From positions 1 to 37,923 of the IMG/VR virus record IMGVR_UViG_3300048851_000066: a DNA stretch of 37,923 nt; one strand, written 5' to 3'. Positions 8,242-16,133 of the stretch are shown here, piece by piece (positions within the stretch are counted from its first letter, which is position 1; every line of letters starts with the position of its first letter). A program made the translations under genes and the position numbers. The DNA is from a virus. Taxonomy: Duplodnaviria; Caudoviricetes. The notes beneath the pieces were generated by a model. It saw nothing but the letters and a program-made list of their open reading frames with translations, was not told the DNA's origin and did not search any database.

Positions 8242-8448
8242 CTAGGCCTCTTGCCCCGCCGCCGGTGCGCCTGCTGCTTCCAGCCCCTTCCTAATCAGGG
8301 TCCTGACAGCGGCCGTGCGATCTCGCATTCCAGATGGAATGCCCCAGAAATCGATCGCCTGAACCTCTTCTTTCGGCATGAGGACGACCACACGCACGCG
8401 TTCATCGGCCGATGATCTGCGATATTTGGCCCGAGCGGGCTCACTCAT
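8242..8448 (-). CDS. Ribbon-helix-helix (Arc/CopG-like) DNA-binding protein, 68 aa
   Basis: AGGAG RBS; RVVVLMPKEEVQAID...RDRTAAVRTLIRKGL fits the RHH strand-helix-helix pattern. Confidence 0.8.
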   Translation of the reverse strand: MSEPARAKYRRSSADERVRVVVLMPKEEVQAIDFWGIPSGMRDRTAAVRTLIRKGLEAAGAPAAGQEA

Positions 8449-8557
8449 GGCTGCACTCCTATGTTGCGCGATCAGTGTAACCACGAGTTCACTGTCGAGT
8501 GCAATGACAAAAGTGCGAAGCTATGGCACGAGGCACAAAAGCTTAGGAGCATGGCAC

Positions 8558-9034
8558 ATGGCAGTGGAACGTGATCAGACCGAGAGGCGGGTTTACAACC
8601 TTCCGGCGGAACTCGTTGCTCGCATCCATGCGTTCCAGAAGGCAAATGGCATTGCATCTGAGACCGAAGCTGCAAGGCGTCTATTAGACAGCGCCCTGCA
8701 AATGCGGGACCAAGTACGTGACATCCTCAAAGCCGTTCAGGCTCGAATGCAAACTGAAAAAGACATCAGGGTCATTGCGGCGGAAATAATAACTCCTCAT
8801 GTTTTAGTAAAAAGCGTGTCCTTCAGCGATCATATTCTCGAATTTCAGTTGAAGGATGGAACTGCGGGAAAGATTTATTCGTGGGGCGACTTCGAGGTCT
8901 ACGAAGAAAACATTTTTGATGACAAGTGGGAGTGGAGTGCTTGGCCTCCAGCCCCCCCGGCGCCCAAAACCACAACAGCAAAGAAGGAAGATCAGAAGAA
9001 GCTGCCTGCTCCCGACGACGACATCCCCTTCTGA
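8558..9034 (+). CDS. RHH-domain protein with Pro-rich linker and SSB-like C-terminal tail DDDIPF (158 aa)
   Basis: AGGAG RBS; N-terminal RRVYNLPAELVARIHAF...SETEAARRLLDSAL; ends PPAPPAPK...PAPDDDIPF*; visibly more AT-rich than its flanks. Confidence 0.8.
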   Translation: MAVERDQTERRVYNLPAELVARIHAFQKANGIASETEAARRLLDSALQMRDQVRDILKAVQARMQTEKDIRVIAAEIITPHVLVKSVSFSDHILEFQLKDGTAGKIYSWGDFEVYEENIFDDKWEWSAWPPAPPAPKTTTAKKEDQKKLPAPDDDIPF

Positions 9035-9079
9035 TTGCTGGGCCTCCCCGCTTGCTGCACCAAGCACCCGGCGGATGCA

Positions 9080-10483
9080 CTAGGCCACCAGCTCCGCCAG
9101 CTTCTTCTTCAGAGCCGCCAACGCATCCTGCGCCGCCTTGGTCTCGGTCTGGGCCTTGGCGACAGCAGCCTTCAGGGCGGCGATCTCCTGCGCGGAGGTG
9201 TCGGGAACGGCGGGGTCGGTTGGTGCGGTGCCTGTGGTCCCGGCATAGGGTGCCAGAGCCGCAATCTGCCCGATCAGCAGTTCCAGCCCCGCCCCGCTGA
9301 ACTCTCCCTTCTTCGCCGTCATCTCGGCATGGATCAGGGCCGCGACCTTGGCGGGGTCCGTTTCCGCGCCGGTCGGCGGGGTGCCCGTCTTGAGGCCGGC
9401 GGCGGCCAGCGCGTTCCAGGCCAGGCCTTCCCAGCGGGTCGCGAGCGTCTTGGGCGTGCCAGTGAGGGTTGCCTTGCCGGTGTAGAGGGCGCCGTTGACG
9501 CCCACGAGGGCAGTGGCGGCGGGCGAGGTGGTTGCCACAGGTGCGGGCTCCTGGATTGGGGTGGTGACGATGGGGGCGGAGACCTCGGGCTGCGGCGCCG
9601 GTGCTGCGGTTGCCCCTTGGAGCGCGGCCACCATGCGGATGATGGCCTGGCGGATCAGCGGCCGGTTGTCCGCCAACTCGACATTGGCCATCGGGTCGCC
9701 GCCACCGAACTTCTCATTGAAGTAGGAGACATAGGCCAGCCGCGATGCCTTGGAGACAAGGTAAGGCGTCAGGGCATCGAGCCATGCTGCACCGTCAGCG
9801 TCCGGGACGCTCTTGCAACCGTACTCGGCCAGCGCCCAGGGCACGCCAAGTTCAGCCGCCCACCGGTCCGTGAAATCCAGCCCCACGGCTTCGGTGCGGA
9901 AGTGCTCATGGAACTGCGGCCCGCTGCGGCCCTGGCGGTACTGCTGCTCGAAGTAGCCGTCGATGCTGATCAGATCGACGTACTGCCGGCCGGGGAAGCC
10001 GAGCTTCGGGTCCTTGGCGTCGCGGTTGAAGTTGAAGTCGATCTTGAGGCGCGGGATGGCGGCCTTGAAGATGCCGCTCATGCGGCGGAAGGCAGCGGCG
10101 TAGGCTGCCCCTCGGGTCGCGTTACCGAAATACCACGGCATCCACGGCGCGTTGGCTTCCACTGCAAAGCGCATCACCACGTCATAATTGACGGTGCCGA
10201 GCGCATCGGCGCAGTTCTTGGCCAGCGTCCGCCAGTAGCCGTCATAGTCGCCGCGCGCCGCAGCCTCCAGGTTGCCGCTGCCGGCCCACATAGGCTGGGA
10301 CAGATGCAGCTTGCGCCCAAGACCCTTTGACGCGCTGATGTTGCCCGCGAGGCTGGTCTGCAAGTCGGTCCATGACCCGGAGCCGCCATGGAGCTGGATG
10401 AAATCCACCTTGCGGCCCAGCCACTTCTCCGTTTCGGAAAGGCGAGCGTTGCCCCAGCCCAGATAGAAGCCGAATTCGGTCAT
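9080..10483 (-). CDS. GH26-like (clan GH-A) glycoside hydrolase with Pro/Thr linker and C-terminal coiled coil
   Basis: GAGGAG RBS; AARGDYD, RFAVEAN (acid/base Glu), AAFRR, FPGxxYVDLISIDGY, PWALAEYG (nucleophile Glu); no signal peptide. Confidence 0.75.
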   Translation of the reverse strand: MTEFGFYLGWGNARLSETEKWLGRKVDFIQLHGGSGSWTDLQTSLAGNISASKGLGRKLHLSQPMWAGSGNLEAAARGDYDGYWRTLAKNCADALGTVNYDVVMRFAVEANAPWMPWYFGNATRGAAYAAAFRRMSGIFKAAIPRLKIDFNFNRDAKDPKLGFPGRQYVDLISIDGYFEQQYRQGRSGPQFHEHFRTEAVGLDFTDRWAAELGVPWALAEYGCKSVPDADGAAWLDALTPYLVSKASRLAYVSYFNEKFGGGDPMANVELADNRPLIRQAIIRMVAALQGATAAPAPQPEVSAPIVTTPIQEPAPVATTSPAATALVGVNGALYTGKATLTGTPKTLATRWEGLAWNALAAAGLKTGTPPTGAETDPAKVAALIHAEMTAKKGEFSGAGLELLIGQIAALAPYAGTTGTAPTDPAVPDTSAQEIAALKAAVAKAQTETKAAQDALAALKKKLAELVA

Positions 10484-10493
10484 GGTGCTCTCC

Positions 10494-11054
10494 TCACGCC
10501 AAGCCAAGGATGCGGCTGCGCATCCAGCCAAAGATGAAGTCCTCCTGGGTCGCGTCGCCCTCAGCCAGCCCGAGGTAATGGGCCGCCTGGAAGGACTTCA
10601 CGGCTTCCAGCAGCACGACCCGCCCTGCGGGCCCCCGGCGCTGGATGAAACTGTTGAGGGCAGCCCGCGTCATGGCGCCGCACAGTCCGTCCACCGCCAG
10701 GTCGGGATAGTACGTGCCGCGCGCGTTCATGACGTTCAGGGCGCGCTGGAGCCATTGCCCTGCACGCCCGGTGCCGCAGTTAATGCCGGCATCGAACAGG
10801 CGTTCACCCAGCGGCGCGTCGATCTCGTCGATGCGGTCGAAGGCAGGCTGGGTCCAGTAGTAGAGGCAGTAGATGTCGATCGCCTGCTGCCGGCTCATGG
10901 CCTTCATCGGCGCCGTGTAGCCGGCGGCCCGAGCACGGGCGACGGTGACGCCCCACATCGTCTCACCGCCTCGGTCAGCCGCATTATTCGAGTAGCCACC
11001 CTCGCGGCCCAGCACGCCGTTGATCAGGGCCGCAAAGCGATCAGTGGTCGCCAC
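10494..11054 (-). CDS. Endolysin, GH108 family with C-terminal peptidoglycan-binding domain
   Basis: REGGYSNNAADRGGETMWGVT, LFDAGINCG, LQRALN, VDGLCGAMT, FIFGWMRSR. Confidence 0.92.
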   Translation of the reverse strand: MATTDRFAALINGVLGREGGYSNNAADRGGETMWGVTVARARAAGYTAPMKAMSRQQAIDIYCLYYWTQPAFDRIDEIDAPLGERLFDAGINCGTGRAGQWLQRALNVMNARGTYYPDLAVDGLCGAMTRAALNSFIQRRGPAGRVVLLEAVKSFQAAHYLGLAEGDATQEDFIFGWMRSRILGLA

Positions 11055-11256
11055 AGGCGCCTCCCCTCGGATTGGATGTGTTCGCCGGGGTGGGGATCGT
11101 CTCCCCTGCCCCGTAGACCGGCACGCCCTGGCCAGGTCCGTAGACCCCAGGCACAGGCTGCCGAGACGCTGGCGCTTGGGCGGTGATGGCGGTCGTCTTT
11201 TCGCCGACCTCCCGCCCCTTGCCGAGAAAGGCGGAGAGAAAGGACAGGAGGGTCAT
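11041..11256 (-). CDS. Small hypothetical lysis-cassette protein (71 aa)
   Basis: ATGA-coupled to the upstream gene and overlaps the endolysin start; amphipathic N-terminus followed by a Pro/Gly-rich tail. Confidence 0.5.
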   Translation of the reverse strand: MTLLSFLSAFLGKGREVGEKTTAITAQAPASRQPVPGVYGPGQGVPVYGAGETIPTPANTSNPRGGACGDH

Positions 11257-11615
11257 TGCTTGACGACCTGCCCGACCAGCTTACCCACCTCGCCCGCGAT
11301 CATGTCCCGCAGCGTGGTGTCGCTGGCGGCAACCTTGGCGATGGTATCGGGCAACTGCGCCTTCAGGGTCGCGACTTCGCTGGCTGCCGCCGCCATAACC
11401 GCGGCCTTCAGATTGACGCCCGGTCGGTTCATCTGGTCAGCCACACCAACCGCGATCCGGCCCGCCGCGCGAGTGGCGGCATCCGCAATCAGCGACACGC
11501 GCTTGTCGTGGATATTGGCGTTGATCGACGTCACCGCCCGCAACACAAGCGGCGGCACGACAAGCGAAACCACGGCACTGGCGATAGACACCAGCACCTC
11601 CATGAGCATGTCCAT
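11253..11615 (-). CDS. Putative holin-like protein (one N-terminal TM helix + helical domain)
   Basis: GGAG RBS; MDMLMEVLVSIASAVVSLVVPPLVL; lies upstream of the endolysin. Confidence 0.55.
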   Translation of the reverse strand: MDMLMEVLVSIASAVVSLVVPPLVLRAVTSINANIHDKRVSLIADAATRAAGRIAVGVADQMNRPGVNLKAAVMAAAASEVATLKAQLPDTIAKVAASDTTLRDMIAGEVGKLVGQVVKQ

Positions 11616-11664
11616 GGAGAACTCCAGACTTTGGGGTGTGCCGAGAGACCGTCTCGGCGGCGGG

Positions 11665-12078
11665 TTAGTCAGCCATCTTGTGCAGAGGCGGCACCTTAGG
11701 GGGCACCTCTGGGTTCAGTTCAGAGATGGCCTGCTCCACCTTCTCGCGAGGGACAACCCCTGCGAGAAAGCCGCGAACCAGATCGCGAAAGGAGATGATC
11801 GTGGATACCAGCGCGATATGTTCGTGCCGGCGATCATGGGCGTACTGCACGGCCCCACGCGCCAAACCAGTTACCTGGTCCACTGTCGCCCGCAGTTCCT
11901 CGTTGTCTTTGTCGAGGCGGGTGATCTCGCGTTCCTGGCGGCTATCAAGCCGGGCATCTCGCGCGCCGCGCGTGTCGCTCGTCGTCTTCCAGGTCGAGGC
12001 CAGCCACACCAAGCCGGCGGCCAGGATGGGCCCCCATGCGTAGCGCCACCACTCCAGGCCCATCCACTCAGACGGCAT
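11665..12078 (-). CDS. Membrane-anchored coiled-coil protein (lysis region)
   Basis: WGPILAAGLVWLASTW followed by the heptad-like EREITRLDKDNEELRATVDQV. Confidence 0.65.
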   Translation of the reverse strand: MPSEWMGLEWWRYAWGPILAAGLVWLASTWKTTSDTRGARDARLDSRQEREITRLDKDNEELRATVDQVTGLARGAVQYAHDRRHEHIALVSTIISFRDLVRGFLAGVVPREKVEQAISELNPEVPPKVPPLHKMAD

Positions 12079-12652
12079 TTCTTTTCCCCCTGGCACGCCA
12101 CACGGAAAACAGGTTTGCTGCTGCAAAGCCCGCGTACGGAGCCATAGCCAGGGGCAGCGGACCTTGTGTGTTCGCCGCGATCGAGAGCGTCAGGCTGATC
12201 CAGAAAAAGGAGCCAAGGACGCTGACACTCCAGCGCAGATAGCTCCATTCCAGCACAAGCGAGTAGCCCTTCAGCACGCCGAGCTGGAGCGCGAAGAGCG
12301 TCCAGAAAGCCCAGTTGTTGAGGTCCATGGCGAGGCTGAAAACCGCCAGCATGCTGAAGGACAGCATCACCAGCAGAGAGACGACACCTTCGTGCCGCTC
12401 CCCTTCCCACCAGATCTTCACTGCCGACCAGATGCCGGGCAAGGTGAAGATGATCACCCAGAGTTCCGGGCATGGCATATCCCGGAAGCCTGCCAGCGAC
12501 TGCCGCCCCGTCAGTGCCTCCTGCGAGAACGACGCCAGAATGCCGATGCCGAACGTGACCAGGGCGGCGCCGAGTTCCACAAGGTAGCGGTCTCTCTCCA
12601 AGATGCCGCCAAGGAACGCCAGGATATCGCGGACGACGCGGGGTGCGGACAT
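12068..12652 (-). CDS. Multi-pass membrane protein (about 6 TM helices)
   Basis: 194 aa with successive hydrophobic segments; overlaps the next gene by 11 nt. Confidence 0.7.
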   Translation of the reverse strand: MSAPRVVRDILAFLGGILERDRYLVELGAALVTFGIGILASFSQEALTGRQSLAGFRDMPCPELWVIIFTLPGIWSAVKIWWEGERHEGVVSLLVMLSFSMLAVFSLAMDLNNWAFWTLFALQLGVLKGYSLVLEWSYLRWSVSVLGSFFWISLTLSIAANTQGPLPLAMAPYAGFAAANLFSVWRARGKRNAV

Positions 12653-12708
12653 CGCAGGCTTCCCTACTGGTGCAGACAACTGCTGATGCGGCGGATGGCG
12701 GTCATGGC

Positions 12709-13962
12709 TTAGACGACCGCCAGCGCCAGTAGCGTTTCCAGGTTCGGCAGGTCGGCATCCGGGATGCGGATCGGGCCGTACCAGCCACCGCGTAGGTAGC
12801 CGTCCAGTGAGGACGCCCCCACTGCATCGCCGCCCAAGTGCCACGCATTGACGCCCTGGGGCAGCGCCCCGACCAGCAGTGAGACGGCGGCACCGCCATT
12901 CAGCGTCGCCGCGTAGTTGTTGGCTTGGTAGGCAACACCCACGCTGAAGTCGACGCCGAGCGTGATGGCTCCCAACACCTGCTGCCACACGACAGCCCCG
13001 CCGCTGACGACCAGCACTTCGACGTTCAGGCTGTTCGCGAGGATCCGCAACTCGATACGGTTATTGGTCGTGCCGTCGTGCAGACGCGAGATGATCCGCG
13101 TTGCGCTCGACAGGTACGGCACACGCGCCTTGAGATAAACGGTTCCCTGCGTCGCCGAATACCAGGTGCCAAGCCCCTTCAGCGCCAGGATATCCGGCGC
13201 CCGTACGGCGGGACCGGCCGTACCCGACGAAGCGGTGTTCGGGAAGTAGCTGGACGCAGCGGCCCGCGGCTCGAGCTGCCCGCCACTCATCAGCACACCG
13301 GACACGCCGTCGCCAAGATAGTCCGGGGTCAGGTCGGCTGCGTCCGACATGTAAATCTGGATCAGCGTCGAGGTGCTGGCGGCGGTCGACGGTATGCCCG
13401 ACAGGGAGCATCGATACCACCCGCCGGGGTAGGCCTCGATCCGGGCCTTGGCACCCGTGGCCGTGCCGCGGTTGCCGTTGTCGTCGAGCACCGAACCAGG
13501 CCCCGACAGCCGAAACGAGGCAATGATGTAGTCCGCCGTGGCCTGTCCGTTGAACACCTTGAACAGGACAAACTCGCGGCCGTCTGCCTTGAAGAACTTG
13601 GAGAAGGTCAGTTGCTGATTGGCTGGCAACGGCCGCGAATAGACGCACAGGTGATCCCCGTTCTGCGTGTCCTCGGTGAGCCGTCGTGCGGTGGCGGATC
13701 CTGTCGGGGTTGCAATCGTGACAGTTGAGCCGGAGGTCCGGGTGAAGGAGCTCGGGGCGCCTTCGCTGGCGTAGTGGTAGTTAGGTCCCTCCCCTTCCAA
13801 CGAGAGGCCGAGCACGGCCTCTGGCAGATCCGGCCGGAACGCAAAGGCCGGCTCATCGATCGGCACGGTCACGGGCAGCCCTGTAGAGCCGAGGACAATC
13901 TTCGACGTGGCCCGGCTGAATTGCAGCAGGTCCGCAAAGGCGTAGGAGATGAGGTTCGACAT
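12709..13962 (-). CDS. Phage head-spike/fibre-family protein with ConA/LamG-like domain
   Basis: FSRATS...DEPAF...GLSLEGEGPN...GGWYRC...GGQLEPRAAASSYFP...RAPD...QGTVYL; same architecture as 2268-3509. Confidence 0.72.
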   Translation of the reverse strand: MSNLISYAFADLLQFSRATSKIVLGSTGLPVTVPIDEPAFAFRPDLPEAVLGLSLEGEGPNYHYASEGAPSSFTRTSGSTVTIATPTGSATARRLTEDTQNGDHLCVYSRPLPANQQLTFSKFFKADGREFVLFKVFNGQATADYIIASFRLSGPGSVLDDNGNRGTATGAKARIEAYPGGWYRCSLSGIPSTAASTSTLIQIYMSDAADLTPDYLGDGVSGVLMSGGQLEPRAAASSYFPNTASSGTAGPAVRAPDILALKGLGTWYSATQGTVYLKARVPYLSSATRIISRLHDGTTNNRIELRILANSLNVEVLVVSGGAVVWQQVLGAITLGVDFSVGVAYQANNYAATLNGGAAVSLLVGALPQGVNAWHLGGDAVGASSLDGYLRGGWYGPIRIPDADLPNLETLLALAVV

Positions 13963-13980
13963 CAGCTTATCTCCGATCGA

Positions 13981-15495
13981 TCAGGTGGCAGGGTCGGCTA
14001 CGACCGGCCAATTGCCGATCAAGCTCCAGTTGTTCAGGGCATAGGGCTTGCCGAGCCGCTCTGGCGGCAGCAGTGCATCCGGGTATTTCGTGTAGCCCGG
14101 TGCGACGTCGTACTTGGCCGTCGTTACAAAGTCGTCGCTGTCCTGCAACTCCGTGGCTCCATTGTGCGTGCCCTTGTTGCCCATCTCCAGACGCACCGGT
14201 GCGACCAGGTCGCGAGCGGCTACCACCCGGACCACGGCGTCGGCGACAATCTCCACGTTCTCGATCGGAACCGAGCCTGAGGCATCGAAGAGCGCGAACC
14301 CGTGGTTGGCGATCATCGTTGGGGTGCTCAGCACGTAGGGCAGGCCCCACTTCAGCGGCGGCGCGGGCACGTGGTAGTCGATCAGCACTTGCCGGGCGCG
14401 CCAGGTCAGCTTGGTTGGCTGCAGCGCCTTCCAGCCTTCGCCACGGATCAGGACCCGGTAAATGACCTTGGCGAACAGCGCACCAAGCATACGATGGCCG
14501 TTGGTATCCAGATGCCCACCCTTGTCCGTAACTTGGTACATCGGGCCGATCAGGTGAAAGCCGGGCCGCTCATTGGCGAGGTCGATATGCGCCATGGCAA
14601 TGTGGTTACCCTCGCGGGTCCAGGACGCGCTGACCTGATAGGAGAAGATCGCCGGCGGAAGATCTTGGTGAACAATGCCCTTGATGACATCATCGCTGAT
14701 GTCATCGAAGTTCTGGTTTACCATCGCCTTATATACAGCCGGGTCGGTGCCAGCGATGCTGTCGCTCTCGCCATGCATGAACATAATCGGCCCGATGCCG
14801 TAGGTTTTGCCAGCCGGGATCAGCGGCATGGTGGCAGGGGCAATATCCAGCATCCGCTTGTAGTGGTGCGGCACGTAGCCCTTGCTCAACTGGGCGATGG
14901 TCTTGCCGCCAAGGCCAACCACCGACCCGATGAAGGGCGGGAGGGTCTTGGGGTCAAGAACCGCGCGATGCATTGCCCACAGCCGCTTCAGGTCGGATAG
15001 GCACGTTTCAAGAGTGCTCTCGCCCCATGCCAGGGATCCGACCGGCTGGTTATAAGCCCAGTCGTCATCGAAAGGCCCTTCGCTGTGGTCGCCTGTACCC
15101 CGGTTATGGGTAGCCACCAGTGGTGTCAGCGCGTTGACCTGCTGCGGCGCCCACGAAGACGAGTTGGTAGTATTGTCTGACGGACGCACGGACGCGCCGA
15201 CCATCAGATCGTTGTAGGGCTGCGCCTTAAACAGGCGGGGAAACCCCTCCTGCCCGGTCGAGTTGCTTTGCCCCCAGGTGAGGAAGTGGATGTAGTCCCA
15301 GATGAGCCGTGCGGAGACCGTATCGCCTCGGGAGATCACTGCCAGCGAACGCGATAGGGCGGCGGCGTTCCGATCGGCAATCTCCTGGTTGCTATACCCA
15401 TTAGGGTCGGTGCCACCCCCGCCAGCCGAGGCCATGATTGTACGCAGTCGCGCCGCCGTCAGCGGCACTCCGCCGACGATAAACAGGTTGGCCAT
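13981..15495 (-). CDS. SGNH/SASA-type carbohydrate O-acetylesterase, probably virion-associated
   Basis: GQSN (catalytic Ser), GGK, HGESD and DKGGHL motifs in SASA order; located among fibre genes. Confidence 0.75.
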   Translation of the reverse strand: MANLFIVGGVPLTAARLRTIMASAGGGGTDPNGYSNQEIADRNAAALSRSLAVISRGDTVSARLIWDYIHFLTWGQSNSTGQEGFPRLFKAQPYNDLMVGASVRPSDNTTNSSSWAPQQVNALTPLVATHNRGTGDHSEGPFDDDWAYNQPVGSLAWGESTLETCLSDLKRLWAMHRAVLDPKTLPPFIGSVVGLGGKTIAQLSKGYVPHHYKRMLDIAPATMPLIPAGKTYGIGPIMFMHGESDSIAGTDPAVYKAMVNQNFDDISDDVIKGIVHQDLPPAIFSYQVSASWTREGNHIAMAHIDLANERPGFHLIGPMYQVTDKGGHLDTNGHRMLGALFAKVIYRVLIRGEGWKALQPTKLTWRARQVLIDYHVPAPPLKWGLPYVLSTPTMIANHGFALFDASGSVPIENVEIVADAVVRVVAARDLVAPVRLEMGNKGTHNGATELQDSDDFVTTAKYDVAPGYTKYPDALLPPERLGKPYALNNWSLIGNWPVVADPAT

Positions 15496-15497
15496 GC

Positions 15498-16133
15498 CTA
15501 GAGCTCCGTGAAATCGAGGATGAAGCCACCAATGCGCGGGTCGCTGTCCGTACCAGGCGCTGCGGTGATCATCCGGTAGGGCGCTTCGTCGTTGAGCGGC
15601 ATGCCTGTCGCAGTGCCGAGGGGCCCGTCCGCGATGTAGAACTGCGAGACGAAATCCATCACCATGCTGGTCCGCAGCGGGAAGCCAGCTGGTCTGCGGT
15701 TCGGAAGCATCGCCGCGATGAAGTCGAAGCTGACCTCAACAACATAGCGTGCCGTGTAAGCTCCCTGCGTGAACCGCCCAAATGAGGGGATCGCACCAAC
15801 GGCATACAGGCCCACCAGAGCCCCGCGACTGCGGGCTCCGTAAGAGCCGCCAATGACAGGGCGTCTGTCACCGGCAGGCCCGGCCCGGTAGCTCCGCGAA
15901 ATAAAGTCCAGCAGCAGCGACGGGCTGGTGTCGACGGGCGCCGCGCCGGCTCCACTGAAGTCCAGCGCCAGGGATGCCTCTTTCCGGATTGCCGTGAAGT
16001 TCAGGGAGAGCGTCGGGCTTGGAAACGCGCCGTCAATGAATGAAAAAGCGACTTGCGTGCGGGGCAAGATCGGCTTGGGGAGGCTGGGCAGCACGTCGCC
16101 GGCCAGTCCAGCGGTTGAAACCGGGAATGTCAT
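15498..16133 (-). CDS. Hypothetical tail-region protein with repeated hxhDF motif
   Basis: ATGA-coupled; LSLNF, LALDF, LLLDF, VSFDF, MVMDF, FILDF. Confidence 0.65.
   Translation of the reverse strand: MTFPVSTAGLAGDVLPSLPKPILPRTQVAFSFIDGAFPSPTLSLNFTAIRKEASLALDFSGAGAAPVDTSPSLLLDFISRSYRAGPAGDRRPVIGGSYGARSRGALVGLYAVGAIPSFGRFTQGAYTARYVVEVSFDFIAAMLPNRRPAGFPLRTSMVMDFVSQFYIADGPLGTATGMPLNDEAPYRMITAAPGTDSDPRIGGFILDFTEL

Noticed and set aside
6330-9034. Integrase or excisionase next to the tRNA
   Set aside because: No ORF with tyrosine (R-H-R-Y) or serine recombinase motifs; it is probably at the other prophage end.
8558-9034. Calling the DDDIPF protein a true SSB
   Set aside because: The N-terminus fits RHH, no OB-fold motifs are visible, and the context is regulatory rather than replicative.
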